A stretch of DNA of 53,779 nucleotides from Gemmatimonadota bacterium (GCA_039590175.1 JBDHFW010000030.1:1-53779); one strand, 5' to 3'; counted from the first letter of the stretch, positions 26,212 through 36,834 are shown. Program-made: numbers and translations. Notes: generated by a model not told the origin, from the sequence alone.

Positions 26212-27378
26212 TCAGCCCCCGGCTGAAGCCGCCTCGCGCAGCAGGTTGCGGGCGATCACGAGCCGCTGGATCTGGTTCGTGCCCTCGTAGATCTGCGTGA
26301 TCTTGGCGTCACGCATGTACTTCTCGATCGGGTAGTCCTTGCAGTAGCCATAGCCGCCGAACAGCTGCACGCAGTCGGTGGTCACCTTCATGGCGACGTC
26401 GGTGGCCATCAGCTTGGACATCGCCGACACCTTGGTGATGTCTTTCGCCCCCGAGTCGATCGTGCGGGCGGCCGTGTGCACGAGCTGGCGTGCCGCCTCA
26501 ATCTGCGTGGCCATGTCGGCGAACATCCACTGGACGCCCTGGAAGGAGCTCACGGGCTGCCCGAACTGGCTCCGGCCGTGCGTGTACTCGATCGCCAGGT
26601 CGAGGGCTCCCTGGGCAAGGCCGACGGCCTGGGCAGCGACCCCCGGCCGGGCCCGGTCGAGGGTGATCATCGCGTGCTTGAAGCCTCTGCCCTCCGTACC
26701 GCCGAGGAGGTTCTCCGCCGGGACCCGGCAGTCCTCGAAGTGGACCTCGACCACGGGGACGCAGCGGATCCCCAGCTTGTCCTCGTGCTTGCCCACGCGG
26801 TAGCCCGGCGTCCCCTCCTCAACCACCAGTCCGGAGACGCCGCGCGCTCCGCGGTCCGGCCGCGTGACGGCGAAGACCGTGTTGAGCGCGGCGACGGCCC
26901 CGTTCGTGTTCCACTTCTTCTCGCCGTTCAAGACGTAGAAATCCCCGTCGCGCTCCGCCCGAGTCTTCATCGATCCAGCGTCCGATCCGGCTTCCTTCTC
27001 CGACAGGCCGAAGGCGATGAGCACCTCGCCGGCCGCGATCGGGGGCAGCCAGCGCTCCTTCTGCTCGTCGGTCCCGCCGATGAGGATCGGAAACGACCCT
27101 AGCGCGTTGACTGCGAAGCCGACGCCCATGCCACCGCAGGCCCGCGAAAACTCCTCGACCACGATGCAGAGGTCGAGCACCCCACCCCCGAGCCCGCCGT
27201 ACTCCTCCGGGATCCAGACGCCCGAGAGTCCCGCCTCCTTGATCGCCTTCTGGACCTCCCACGGGTAGGTCTGCTCGACGTCGTATTTGGCCGCCACGGG
27301 CCGCATCGCCGTCTCGGCCAGCTCGTGCGCTCGCTGTCGTAGCTCGATCTGCTGGGGTGTGTAAAGCTCTTCTATCAT
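26212..27378 (-). CDS. Acyl-CoA dehydrogenase
   Basis: IPEEYGGLG, AFGLSEKEAGSDA, LNGEKKWNTNG, RSQFGQPV, QLFGGYGY, RDAKITQIYEGTNQIQR. Confidence 0.97.
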   Translation of the reverse strand: MIEELYTPQQIELRQRAHELAETAMRPVAAKYDVEQTYPWEVQKAIKEAGLSGVWIPEEYGGLGGGVLDLCIVVEEFSRACGGMGVGFAVNALGSFPILIGGTDEQKERWLPPIAAGEVLIAFGLSEKEAGSDAGSMKTRAERDGDFYVLNGEKKWNTNGAVAALNTVFAVTRPDRGARGVSGLVVEEGTPGYRVGKHEDKLGIRCVPVVEVHFEDCRVPAENLLGGTEGRGFKHAMITLDRARPGVAAQAVGLAQGALDLAIEYTHGRSQFGQPVSSFQGVQWMFADMATQIEAARQLVHTAARTIDSGAKDITKVSAMSKLMATDVAMKVTTDCVQLFGGYGYCKDYPIEKYMRDAKITQIYEGTNQIQRLVIARNLLREAASAGG

Positions 27379-27644
27379 GGTGTTTACCTGTTCTGTTCTC
27401 GCAAACGTGTGAGGGGCGACCGGACAAGCCGCTCCGCGGCTCCCATCACGCACGGTCGGTTGTAGGGGACCAATCGGGGGCGAGCCCCATCAGGCACCCC
27501 GGAACGAGACTACGGCATCGGACAGCGGAGGTCGAGATAGACGCGGACGACTACGGACCGATGGAGCTCAGAACGGGGCTCGCGCCGATCGCGCACGCCG
27601 GCTCCAATTGTTCCGCGTTTTCAGTGCGGAGCGACCCCGTTTCG

Positions 27645-29504
27645 CTACGCTTCCCTCGCCAGCGCCGCCGCCTCCCGCATCGCCTTCTTCCTTCCGGTTG
27701 GACTGAGCTGTCGCTTGCGGAGGCGAATCGCGTCAGGGGTGGCCTCGATGAGCTCGTCGTCGTTGATGAACTCGAGCGCCAGCTCGAGCGTGATCTCGCG
27801 GGGCGGCTCCAGCCGGATGCTCTCATCGGCCGCCGCCGCGCGAATGTTGGTGAGCTTCTTCTGTTTGCAGATGTTGATCTCCATGTCACCCGGCCGGGCG
27901 CTCTCGCCGACGATCATCCCCGAGTAGACGGCTTCTCCCGGCTCCACGAACATGACGCCGCGCGCCTGGAGATTGAAGATCGCGAACGCGACCGCCGCGC
28001 CCTCGCGATCGGCCACCAGCGCACCGCGCGACCGGTTTTGCAGCGAGCCCGCCCTCGGTCCGTACTGGAGGAAGCCGTGGTGCAGCTGACCCTCTCCCCG
28101 GGTGTCGGTCAGGAACTCCGATCGATAACCGAACAGGCCCCGAGCCGGAATCCGGAAGTCCAGGCGCACCGGGCCCGCGTCGGTCGGCCGCATGTCCAGG
28201 ACCTCGGCCCGGCGGCTTCCCATCTTCTCCATCACGACACCGACCATCTCCTGCGGGACCTCGATGACAGCCTTCTCGTAAGGCTCCAGCACCTCCCCAT
28301 CCGGTCCCTCCTTGAGGATCACCCGGGGCCGTGAGACGGTGAACTCGTAGCCCTCGCGTCGCATCGTCTCCATGAGGATCGTGAGGTGGAGCTCGCCGCG
28401 ACCCGATACGGCAAATGTGTCGGGCTGCTCCGTATCCTCTACGCCGAGCGAGACGTTGCTCTGGATCTCCCTGTACAGGCGCTCCCGCAGCTGGCGGGTC
28501 GTCACGTACTTGCCGGCCACGCCGGCGAACGGGCCGTCATTGACCCTGAAATCGACCGACAGGGTGGGCTCCTCGACCGCGATGCCGAGCAGCCGCTCCC
28601 GGAGGCCCGGATCGGTCAGGGTCTGCCCAATCGCCACCCCCTCCAGCCCGGCCAGGGCGACGATGTCCCCGGCACTCGCCTCCTCGATCTCGACCCGGGA
28701 AAGACCGTCGAAGCCGTACAGCTTCATGACCCGGCCCTCGACACCCTCTTCGCCCGCCCCGTCTTCCACCAGGCCCGGCTCACCGAGGGGAAGTAAGGCC
28801 ACCCGCTGCCCTTCCCTCACCCGGCCGCGCTCGATCCGGCCGATCGCGATGCGCCCCACGTAGCTCGAGTAGTCGAGCGTGGACGTGAGCATCTGGAACG
28901 GGCCTTCGGGGTCGGCCGCGGGAGCCGGCACGGAAGCGAGGATCGTCTCGAACAACGGCGCCAGATCGCCGCTCCGCGCTCCGGGCTCCTGGCTCGCCCA
29001 GCCGTCCCGGCCGCTGGCGTAGAGGAACGCCGCGTCGAGCTGATCGTCCGTCGCCTCGAGCTCGATGAACAGGTCGAGGACCTCGTCGTGCACCGCCAGC
29101 GGAAGGGCGTCGGGCCGGTCCACCTTGTTGATCACAACAACCGGAACGAGGCCGAGCTCGAGAGCCTTCCGCGTCACGAACCGGGTCTGGGGCATCGGTC
29201 CTTCGGCAGCATCCACGAGGATGAGCACGCCGTCCACCATCCGGAGGATCCGCTCGACCTCGCCGCCGAAATCGCGGTGCCCGGGCGTGTCCACGATGTT
29301 GATCTTGGCATCGCCCCACCGGACGGCCGTGTTCTTGGAGAGGATCGTGATTCCCCGCTCTCGCTCGAGCGGGTTCGAGTCCATCACGCGCTCCCGCACC
29401 ACCTCGTTGGCACGGAAGACTCCGGCCTGACGAAGCATCTGGTCGACCAGCGTAGTCTTGCCGTGATCGACGTGGGCGATGATGGCGACGTTGCGCAGCT
29501 TCAT
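27645..29504 (-). CDS. typA: Translational GTPase TypA/BipA
   Basis: [66 protein letters not shown]. Confidence 0.98.
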   Translation of the reverse strand: MKLRNVAIIAHVDHGKTTLVDQMLRQAGVFRANEVVRERVMDSNPLERERGITILSKNTAVRWGDAKINIVDTPGHRDFGGEVERILRMVDGVLILVDAAEGPMPQTRFVTRKALELGLVPVVVINKVDRPDALPLAVHDEVLDLFIELEATDDQLDAAFLYASGRDGWASQEPGARSGDLAPLFETILASVPAPAADPEGPFQMLTSTLDYSSYVGRIAIGRIERGRVREGQRVALLPLGEPGLVEDGAGEEGVEGRVMKLYGFDGLSRVEIEEASAGDIVALAGLEGVAIGQTLTDPGLRERLLGIAVEEPTLSVDFRVNDGPFAGVAGKYVTTRQLRERLYREIQSNVSLGVEDTEQPDTFAVSGRGELHLTILMETMRREGYEFTVSRPRVILKEGPDGEVLEPYEKAVIEVPQEMVGVVMEKMGSRRAEVLDMRPTDAGPVRLDFRIPARGLFGYRSEFLTDTRGEGQLHHGFLQYGPRAGSLQNRSRGALVADREGAAVAFAIFNLQARGVMFVEPGEAVYSGMIVGESARPGDMEINICKQKKLTNIRAAAADESIRLEPPREITLELALEFINDDELIEATPDAIRLRKRQLSPTGRKKAMREAAALAREA

Positions 29505-29736
29505 GTGACTCGTGATTCGAGAGACGGCCAGCCCGCTCGACGGCTGCAGACCGGTTGGCAGCGTGGTTCACTTGGATTCGCCTAGTAGGCCGGAGTGGGC
29601 CGCCGGGTTCCTGCTTTCGAGGCCGAGGCGATACCGAGGTTTCTGCCCGGCGCCAGCGCTCGTAGCTTGGTACTGGGACACAGGACGGAATGCCCGCCGC
29701 GTACCCACGAGAACACTCTGACATCCGGGAACCGAC

Positions 29737-32016
29737 ATGAGACTCCCTGCAGGAACCCTGCGCAGATCTAGAGCTCGCCCGCCTGGCCTCGCCGCTGCCG
29801 CTCTCGTCCTCACCGGGGCGGCCGCCGGCGTCGTTTTCGCCCTCACCCAGGAGGAAGACCAGGGCTGGCCGCGCGAGATCAGCGTGCCCGAGGCCGAGAT
29901 CGTCGTCTACCAGCCGCAGCCCGACTCCATGGCCGGCGACCGGGTCAGGGCCCGGGCCGCCGTGGCCGTGACCCCGGCAGGGAGCGAGGAGGCGGCGTTC
30001 GGCACCGTCTGGTTCGGCTCCCGGCTCGCGACCGACCGCGACACGCGCACAGCCGAGATCCTGGAGTTCAAGGTCCTCAGGGTCGGGTTCCCGAACGCCA
30101 CGGATGAAGGCAAGGCGAAGCTCTCGGAGATCCTCGAGGCGGAGATCCCGAAGTGGGACCTCGAGATCTCGTTGGACCGTCTTCTCACCAGCCTGGATGA
30201 CGCCGAGACGAGGAAGCTGGCGGCCGAGGAGCTGAACAACGATCCGCCGAAGATCATCATCAGTTACGAGCCCGCGATTCTCGTCACGATCGAAGGCGAG
30301 CCCAGGATGCAGGACATCAAGGGATCCGAGGGCCTCATGCGGATCATCAACACTCCCTTCAACATCGTCTTCGACCGGAATGCCCAGAGGTATTACCTCT
30401 ACGCCGGTGAAAAGCAGTGGTACGGAGCGCCCGACTGGAAGGGGCCTTGGGAGCTGACCACCTCCGTGCCCAGCCAGGTGGCTTCGCTCGCACCGGTCGA
30501 GGAGGAAGCGGAGGCGAAGGCCATCCAGGACTCCGTCGACGCGCAGGTCGCGGCCGCGGCGGCGGAGGCGGGCGAGGAGGTGGAGGAAGAAGAGGTCGGA
30601 CCGCCGCCCAAGCTCGTTGTCGCCACCGAGCCGACCGAGCTCATCTACATCACGGGAGAGCCCGAGTACACGCCGATCAGCGAGGCGGACCTCCTCTACG
30701 TCAGCAACTCCGAGAGCGAGGTGGTGATGGATCTGGGCTCGGCCCGGATCTACGTCCTACTCTCCGGCCGCTGGTACAGCTCCGAGACGCTAGACGGGCC
30801 GTGGGTCTTCGTACCCGGAGACGAGCTTCCCGAGGGGTTCGCCAAGATCCCGTTCGAGAACGACAAGGGATACCTGCTCGCCTCCGTCCCCGGGACCGAA
30901 GAGGCGAACGAGGCGGTGCTGGACAACCAGATCCCCCAGACGTCCGTCATCAGCCGGAGCGACGCGAAGCTGGAGGTGGAGTACGACGGGGACCCGAAGT
31001 TCGAGCCGATCGAGGACACCGACGGGCTGGAGCTGGCGGTGAACACGCCGAACCAAGTGATCAAGGTCGAGGACAAGTACTACGCCATGGACGAGGCGGT
31101 GTGGTTCGTGGCGGACGGTCCGACGGGGCCGTGGGTCGTGGCCGATGAGATTCCGGCCGCCATCTACAGCATCCCGCCGAGCAGCTCCGCCTACAATACG
31201 ACCTACGTCTACGTCTACGATTCGACGCCGGAGGTCGTGTACGTCGGCTACTACCCCGGCTACACGCACAGCTACGTGTACGGCGGAACGGTCGTCTACG
31301 GGACCGGCTGGTACTACCCCGCCTGGTACGGCCGCTACTACTACCCCCGGGTCGCCACCTGGGGCTTCGGCGTGCGCTGGAACCCCTGGACGGGCTGGAG
31401 CTTCGGGTTCAGCTACGGTTGGGGGCCGTTCCGGTTCGGGATCGGCTTCGGCGGCTGGTGGCGCGGTGGCTGGTGGGGACCGGGCCGCTACCGCGGCTAC
31501 CGGCGGGGCTACCACCGAGGCTGGCACCGGGGCGCCCGCGCCGGCTTCAGGGCCGGCTACCGCTCGGGGAACCGGGCGGCACACCGTAACAACATCTACA
31601 ACCGCCAGAACAACGTCGCCCGCAACGCCCCACGCGCCCAGCAGGCGAGGGATCGCCAGCCGCGCGCGGCCGCGGGCCGTGACAACAACGTCTTCTCCGA
31701 CCGCAACGGGAACGTCTACCGGCGCGACAACGACGGAAACTGGGATCGTCGCGGACAGGACGGCTGGGACCGCAGCGATGGGGTGAGCAACGAGGCGCGG
31801 CAGGAGCGGACGCGAGACGCGACCCGCGACCGTCAGCCCTCCCAGCAACGCGACCGGGCCCAGCAGCAGCCCCGGACGCAGCAGCGCTCCACCGGCTCCC
31901 AACTCGAGCGTAACTACAACAGCCGGCAGAGCGGGACCACGCGGACCAACAACTACAACGCGTCACGCAGCCGAAGCGGCGGAGGTCGCAGGGGAGGCGG
32001 CGGCAGGCGGAGGTAA
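29737..32016 (+). CDS. Large exported hypothetical protein with aromatic/Gly-rich segment and Arg/Gly low-complexity tail
   Basis: Signal-like N-terminus, GWPREI..VYQPQ, repeated YxLxxGxW/GPW beta units, YYPGY/WGFG region, RGGG tail. Codon usage matches real genes. Confidence 0.85.
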   Translation: MRLPAGTLRRSRARPPGLAAAALVLTGAAAGVVFALTQEEDQGWPREISVPEAEIVVYQPQPDSMAGDRVRARAAVAVTPAGSEEAAFGTVWFGSRLATDRDTRTAEILEFKVLRVGFPNATDEGKAKLSEILEAEIPKWDLEISLDRLLTSLDDAETRKLAAEELNNDPPKIIISYEPAILVTIEGEPRMQDIKGSEGLMRIINTPFNIVFDRNAQRYYLYAGEKQWYGAPDWKGPWELTTSVPSQVASLAPVEEEAEAKAIQDSVDAQVAAAAAEAGEEVEEEEVGPPPKLVVATEPTELIYITGEPEYTPISEADLLYVSNSESEVVMDLGSARIYVLLSGRWYSSETLDGPWVFVPGDELPEGFAKIPFENDKGYLLASVPGTEEANEAVLDNQIPQTSVISRSDAKLEVEYDGDPKFEPIEDTDGLELAVNTPNQVIKVEDKYYAMDEAVWFVADGPTGPWVVADEIPAAIYSIPPSSSAYNTTYVYVYDSTPEVVYVGYYPGYTHSYVYGGTVVYGTGWYYPAWYGRYYYPRVATWGFGVRWNPWTGWSFGFSYGWGPFRFGIGFGGWWRGGWWGPGRYRGYRRGYHRGWHRGARAGFRAGYRSGNRAAHRNNIYNRQNNVARNAPRAQQARDRQPRAAAGRDNNVFSDRNGNVYRRDNDGNWDRRGQDGWDRSDGVSNEARQERTRDATRDRQPSQQRDRAQQQPRTQQRSTGSQLERNYNSRQSGTTRTNNYNASRSRSGGGRRGGGGRRR

Positions 32017-32055
32017 AACGGCCCGCGGCCCCGGGCCGATAGGAAATGTTGAGCG

Positions 32056-32081
32056 GAAGGGCGGCTTTCAAGCCGCCCTTC
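32056..32081. terminator. Hairpin terminator between convergent genes
   Basis: gaagggcggct-ttca-agccgcccttc, 11-bp stem. Confidence 0.7.
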
Positions 32082-32114
32082 TCAGCTAGGGCCTCTGCGC
32101 TGGAGCCAGCAACC

Positions 32115-32609
32115 TCAACCCTCCATCACTCCCACGCCGCCCATGCTCTTCTTGAGGAGACCCATCTGCCCGATGTGATATGTCTCGTGCATCGCCATGA
32201 AGGCGAGCAGGTCCCGCATCGTCTGGCCTTCGCCCGGAATCTCGAACGGCGAGGGCTCGGCCAACACATCCGCCGGGACACCCGCCAGCTCGGCGATCAG
32301 CACGTTCGTGACCGCGTCGAACATGGCCGCGACCTCGGGAAGAGGCGGGCAGACCCGCTCAGTCTCGAACTGAACGCCGAAGCCGAATTCTCCGAAGGTG
32401 CCCCACGGCAGCTCCGGCACCTCCATCTGCAGCATGGCCGCGACGGCATGCCGGCACACCGTCACGTGCCCGGCTAGGCGGTCGAACGCGTTGGTCCGCT
32501 CGTTGGCCCGGTAGTCGAAACGGCCCTCGTCCACATCCTTCACCGCGCTCTGGAACAGCCAGGCGTTGTAGCCGAGGATGTTCATGGCGGTGTCCAGCGA
32601 TCCGCTCAT
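32115..32609 (-). CDS. DinB family protein
   Basis: LAGHV and C-terminal HETYHIGQM metal-binding His motif. RBS GGAAGGA. Confidence 0.88.
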   Translation of the reverse strand: MSGSLDTAMNILGYNAWLFQSAVKDVDEGRFDYRANERTNAFDRLAGHVTVCRHAVAAMLQMEVPELPWGTFGEFGFGVQFETERVCPPLPEVAAMFDAVTNVLIAELAGVPADVLAEPSPFEIPGEGQTMRDLLAFMAMHETYHIGQMGLLKKSMGGVGVMEG

Positions 32610-32790
32610 GGTTCCTTCCTGTCTTCTGTCTTCTGATCCAGGATTAGCCGGCACAGACTCTCCGGCGATCTCTCTCGTGTCAGATCAGGATGAGGTAGGG
32701 GGCATCGGCTGTCTATAGCCGGCGTCGTCACGGCGACCAGAGGTGCAATGGTCCCTGGGCGACGGGCGAAGAAGAGCTGGATTACGGTTA

Positions 32791-32819
32791 TTGACTAGTC
32801 TGACTAGCTATAATATGAT
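32791..32819 (+). promoter_or_regulatory. Sigma70 promoter with overlapping operator for TA module 1
   Basis: TTGACT-N17-TATGAT ending 6 nt before ATG 32826. The spacer holds the palindrome CTAGTC-T-GACTAG. Confidence 0.75.
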
Positions 32820-32825
32820 GCGGAC

Positions 32826-33107
32826 ATGACGGTCTACTCCATCTATGAGGCGAAAGCCAAGTTCAGCGAGTTGATCCGCAGAGTTCGCCAGGGGAGCACC
32901 ATCGTCGTGTCCCACCACGGTAAGCCGGTCGCCGAGATCCGGCCGATCAAGTCCGCGGAGATCGGGCTCGAGGAACGGCTCGAAGAGCTGGAGAGGCGTG
33001 GCGTGCTGCTTCCGCCCAGCGACCCGGAAGCGGCGCTCGAGGCCGTGGCCCGACGACCTGGCGCGCTGGAGCGGTTTCTTGAAGAACGCGACGGGAAAGA
33101 GGCGTAA
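32826..33107 (+). CDS. Phd/YefM family antitoxin (TA1)
   Basis: YSIYEAKAKFSELIRRVRQGSTIVVSHHGKPVAEIRP. Confidence 0.93.
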   Translation: MTVYSIYEAKAKFSELIRRVRQGSTIVVSHHGKPVAEIRPIKSAEIGLEERLEELERRGVLLPPSDPEAALEAVARRPGALERFLEERDGKEA

Positions 33108-33113
33108 GGAAGG

Positions 33114-33494
33114 GTGAGGGTCGCTTACGTGGACACGTCGATCCTGCTGGCCATCGCGTTCGGCGAGCGAGGAGGTGCGGCTGCGGGCCGCCGCCTCGAG
33201 AGCTTCGATCTGCTGGTCGCATCCGACTTGCTGGAAGCCGAGCTGCGCGCCGCGCTGCGCCGCGAAGATGCACCTTCGGATGCGCCACTCTTGAATCGAA
33301 TCTCCTGGGTGTCGCCGGAGCGTCCTCTCAGTCCCGAAATCACGCTCGTTCTTGGAGCGGGCCGCGTTCGAGGCGCGGATTTGTGGCATCTCGCCTGCGC
33401 GCTCTACCTGGCCCCGAGCCCTCGCGACCTTTCCTTCCTCACGCTCGACGCGCGACAGGGTGCGGCGGCGGAAGAGCTGGGCTTTCCAGCCTGA
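33114..33494 (+). CDS. vapC: PIN-domain toxin (TA1)
   Basis: YVDTSILL, LLEAEL, RGADLWHLACA, FLTLDARQ. Confidence 0.9.
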   Translation: MRVAYVDTSILLAIAFGERGGAAAGRRLESFDLLVASDLLEAELRAALRREDAPSDAPLLNRISWVSPERPLSPEITLVLGAGRVRGADLWHLACALYLAPSPRDLSFLTLDARQGAAAEELGFPA

Positions 33495-33517
33495 TCCCCC
33501 ATCGGAGAAGCAGGACC

Positions 33518-34537
33518 TCAGCGCTCCGGGGTGCCTCGATATGCGGCACCGAGCCGTCGTATGTTCGCGTCCATGACGCTCAGATAGTCCCCACTCTCGG
33601 GGCGGTTGCCGGCCGGCGTGAACACCACACTCTCGACGCCGAGCTCCCGGAGCCGAGCGGCCGTCTCGGGTAGCGGCTCGGCCTCCCACAGCATCCAGCG
33701 GGCCGGGTGCCCGTCGAGGATCATCTGAAGCTCCCGCCACGCCGCCGGGCTCGGCGGCTCATCCGGCTCGAAGTGGATGCTCCGAATCTCCAGGTCGTAT
33801 TGCGCCGCCAGGTACTGGAAGACGGGGTGCGAGGCGAGGAGGGCTCTGTCCGGATCCGTGGTCACGATCTCCGAGATTCGGCCATCGAGTCCGAGGAGAT
33901 CCCGCTCCAACTCCGCGAACCCCTCGTCGAAGGCCGTCTCGTGCTGAGGGCGTGCGCGAACGAAGGCGTCGCGGATCGCGCGCGCCTGCTCGAGCGCCAT
34001 CGTCGGATCCAGCCACGTCGTGAAGGCGATCGTGCCGTGGGCGTGCTCGCCCGCCGGACCATGGCTGTGCGTCACCGCATCCTCCACGACGACGTATCGA
34101 TCGGTCAGACCTGCCGCCGTGGCCACGAGGCGAGAGCCGGGAAGCGACACGCGGTCCGTCCAGGAGGCGTAGCCCGCGCCGTTCAGCAGGATGAGGTCGG
34201 CGCTCTGGTACGCGGCGACCGTCTCGGCGTCGGGCGACCAGAATGCCGGATCCACGGCCGGCGGCGCGGGAAACTCCACCCGGACGAGATCGCCGCCGAT
34301 GCGCTCCGCGAAGTAGGCGAGCGGATAGCTTACGGTGTAAACGAGCAGCGTCGAGCCCTCCGCTCCAGTTTCCACTCCCGCCTCGACCCCACCGGCCGCC
34401 TTGCCTCCCTCGCCTGCGGAGTCGGCGGAGTCGGCGGAGTTGGTGGAGTTGGTGGAGTTGGCCGAACCACCCGAGCCTGCCTCGCCACACGCCCCCACGA
34501 GAGCCAGAAGAACCGTCACGGCCAGCGTTCTCCTCAT
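33518..34537 (-). CDS. ZnuA/TroA-like metal ABC substrate-binding lipoprotein
   Basis: VGAC lipobox, YPLAYFAERIGG, ADLILLNGAGY, His loop HSHGPAGEHAH, WLDP, SHPVFQYLA, DYLSVMDANI. Confidence 0.88.
   Translation of the reverse strand: MRRTLAVTVLLALVGACGEAGSGGSANSTNSTNSADSADSAGEGGKAAGGVEAGVETGAEGSTLLVYTVSYPLAYFAERIGGDLVRVEFPAPPAVDPAFWSPDAETVAAYQSADLILLNGAGYASWTDRVSLPGSRLVATAAGLTDRYVVVEDAVTHSHGPAGEHAHGTIAFTTWLDPTMALEQARAIRDAFVRARPQHETAFDEGFAELERDLLGLDGRISEIVTTDPDRALLASHPVFQYLAAQYDLEIRSIHFEPDEPPSPAAWRELQMILDGHPARWMLWEAEPLPETAARLRELGVESVVFTPAGNRPESGDYLSVMDANIRRLGAAYRGTPER
34416..34460. repeat. In-frame 9-nt tandem repeat x5 (NST/DSA linker)
   Basis: gcggagtcg x2, gcggagttg, gtggagttg x2. Confidence 0.85.
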
Positions 34538-34551
34538 CGACAGATCTCCAC

Positions 34552-35692
34552 CTACGTGCGCAGCAGTGCCCGGATCGCGAGGGACCCGAACTGACTGGTC
34601 AGGAGCGTGAGGCCCGCGGCGAGCAGCGCCCCGCTCGCCAGCACGACCACGACCTCAGAGGCCATCACCGATGCCACGGCAAGCCGCGACCCACCGATCT
34701 TGAACAGCGTCAGCCGCTCGCGGCGACGAAGGCGGAGAGAGAGCAGGAACACGAGAGCCGCCGTGGCGAGCGTGGCCAGGCCCACGATCACGGCGCCCGC
34801 CACGACGAAGCGCTCCACGGTGAGGATCGTCCCCAGCAGGTCCTCCATCACGGCCACCGGCGTCACGATCTGCGCCAGATCTTCGTCGGATTGATACCGG
34901 CCCTGAAGCAGCGCCGAGGCTTTCTGGTCCGGCGGCACCGCCAGCACGGCCGTGAGCGGGTAGTCGGAGAGGTCCCCGTGGAAATGGAAGCTCTCCAGGT
35001 TCTCCTCGGTGATCTCGTTGTACTGTCAGCACGCCGGCCGCGGCCTCGGGGCGGTTGAGGTCCTGGTGTCCGTGCACCAGGCCCTGGATCACCCAGGCGG
35101 TCTTCACGTCGACGAAGATCGCGTCGTCGTCCGCGCTGTCCGCGAATTCGAGGACACCGACGACCCGCATCTTGAGCGGATAGACGCCCGCGATGTCGAA
35201 GACACTCTCCGGCGACGAGACCACATAGTCGCCCGGTCCGGCACCGAGCGCTTCCGCCGCCCGGGAGCCGAGCACGCACTCGCCCAGCATGGCGAGGTTG
35301 CGGCCGGCAACGACCTCCAGGCCGCGGAAGTCGAAGTAGTCGAGCGTGGTGCCGACGATCGGATGGCCCCGAGCCCTGAAACGCACGTACATCGGAATCG
35401 CCGTCCCGAGGTCGGATTTGGTCACCCTCGCCGCCTCGGCGTAGCGGGTGAGTGCCGGGTGATCCGAGCCGAAGTAGAGGGTGTTGAGGACGAGCTCGAG
35501 AGGACTACCCTTCGCCCCGATGAGCAGAGGGGTGGCGTCGGCGCGCGCGGTGAGCTGACGGGAGCTCTGATCGACGAGCACCCGCAGGCCGATCGGCAGG
35601 TACACGATAAGCGTGATCGCGCCGACCAGCGTAATCGTCTTCCAGCGGTGGTACGCGAGGTAGCGCCAGGCCACATAGACAACCTGCCTCAC
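34552..35692 (-). CDS. FtsX/MacB-like ABC permease, frameshifted near 35026
   Basis: AWRYLAYHRWK, LLIGAKGSPLELVLNTLY, IVGTTLDYF. A second frame resumes QYNEITEEN..FHFHGD and ends RRRERLTLFKIGGSR..SEVVVV. Confidence 0.85.
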
Positions 35693-35732
35693 GGGCCGCC
35701 CCCGCTTCCGGTCTCCATGAGTACCCGGCTGC

Positions 35733-36482
35733 TCACTGACCCGCACCCACGAGCTCGCCGTGCTCTGGCGTGCGGATCTCTCCGTACTCGTGGAACCGGC
35801 TGAAGTCCACGACTCGCTGGAACCGGTCCAGGATTTCCTGATCGTGCGTCACGGCGACCAGGGTCGTGTCGGTCCTCTCCGCGTAATCAAACAGGATATC
35901 CAGGACCCTCCACTTGTTGACCGGGTCCAGGTTTCCGGTAGGCTCGTCGGCGAGGAGCAATGACGGCTCCGTGAGCACTGCACGGCACACGGCCGCCCTC
36001 TGACGCTCCCCCTGGGAGAGCTTGCCCGGATAACGATCCAGCTTGTCCGCGATGTCCACGCGGTCGGCCAGGTCCCGCGCCCGTTCCCGTACCTCACCGT
36101 CGAGCCGCAGCGAGGCGTTGATCCGGTACGGCAGCAGGATGTTGTCCAGAACGCTCAGGTACTCGAGGAGCTCGAACTCCTGGAAGACCAGGCCTACCCT
36201 CGCGATCCGGAAGTCGCGCCGCTGGGAATCCGGCAGGCTCGTCACCTCGACCCCTTCGGTGACGACGCGTCCCGACTGCGGAAGCGCGATGCCGGCGATC
36301 AGATTGAGCAGCGTCGTCTTCCCCGAGCCGCTCGGCCCGATGAAGGCCGCCGTCGTGTCCCGCCCGATCGCCAGCTCGGGGATACTGAGCCGGAAATCCC
36401 CCTCCCGGTACCGGAACTCCAGAGCCTCGATCGATACGACCGGCTCGGTCGGCAGCTTGGTTGACCCGTGGTTGGTGCTCAT
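35733..36482 (-). CDS. LolD/MacB-like ABC ATPase
   Basis: GPSGSGKTT, VGLVFQEFEL, LSQGERQR, LLADEPTGNLDP, VTHD. Confidence 0.93.
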   Translation of the reverse strand: MSTNHGSTKLPTEPVVSIEALEFRYREGDFRLSIPELAIGRDTTAAFIGPSGSGKTTLLNLIAGIALPQSGRVVTEGVEVTSLPDSQRRDFRIARVGLVFQEFELLEYLSVLDNILLPYRINASLRLDGEVRERARDLADRVDIADKLDRYPGKLSQGERQRAAVCRAVLTEPSLLLADEPTGNLDPVNKWRVLDILFDYAERTDTTLVAVTHDQEILDRFQRVVDFSRFHEYGEIRTPEHGELVGAGQ

Positions 36483-36553
36483 GTCGAGCCTAATCTAAGC
36501 CGAGCCGGCCGACGCGCACCGTTCCTCTGGGGAACCCGGGTACCTTCCCAGAG

Positions 36554-36589
36554 TAGTCATTATTAGTGACTGGTCATATATAGTGACTA
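36554..36589. promoter_or_regulatory. Operator for TA module 2
   Basis: Two tandem inverted repeats (A/G)GTCA-N7-TGACT at a 17-bp period in an AT-rich patch upstream of the antitoxin. Confidence 0.65.
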
Positions 36590-36609
36590 TCAGGACGCAG
36601 GGAGGGCAC

Positions 36610-36834
36610 GTGGTCGCGAAGAGGATCGGCGCCGCCAAGTTCAAGGAGCAGTGCCTTGCCCTGCTGGACAGCGTGGGGCCGGAGGGAATCGTGATCACGA
36701 AGCACGGCAAGCCGGTGGCGCGGCTGGTCCCGGTGGAGGCCGAATCGGGCGAGTTCATCGGCGCGCTTCAAGAGAAGATCACGGTCAAGGGTGAGTTGCT
36801 CTCGACGGGCGTGGAGTGGGATGCTCAATCTTGA
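36610..36834 (+). CDS. Phd/YefM family antitoxin (TA2)
   Basis: IGAAKFKEQCLALLD..IVITKHGKPVARLVP. GTG start after GGAGGG. Confidence 0.92.
   Translation: MVAKRIGAAKFKEQCLALLDSVGPEGIVITKHGKPVARLVPVEAESGEFIGALQEKITVKGELLSTGVEWDAQS

Noticed and set aside
27380-27640. Leader of acyl-CoA dehydrogenase containing GGGGTGCCTGA, a TPP-like start
   Set aside because: No CTGAGA or downstream ACCTGA...AGCGTAGG core.
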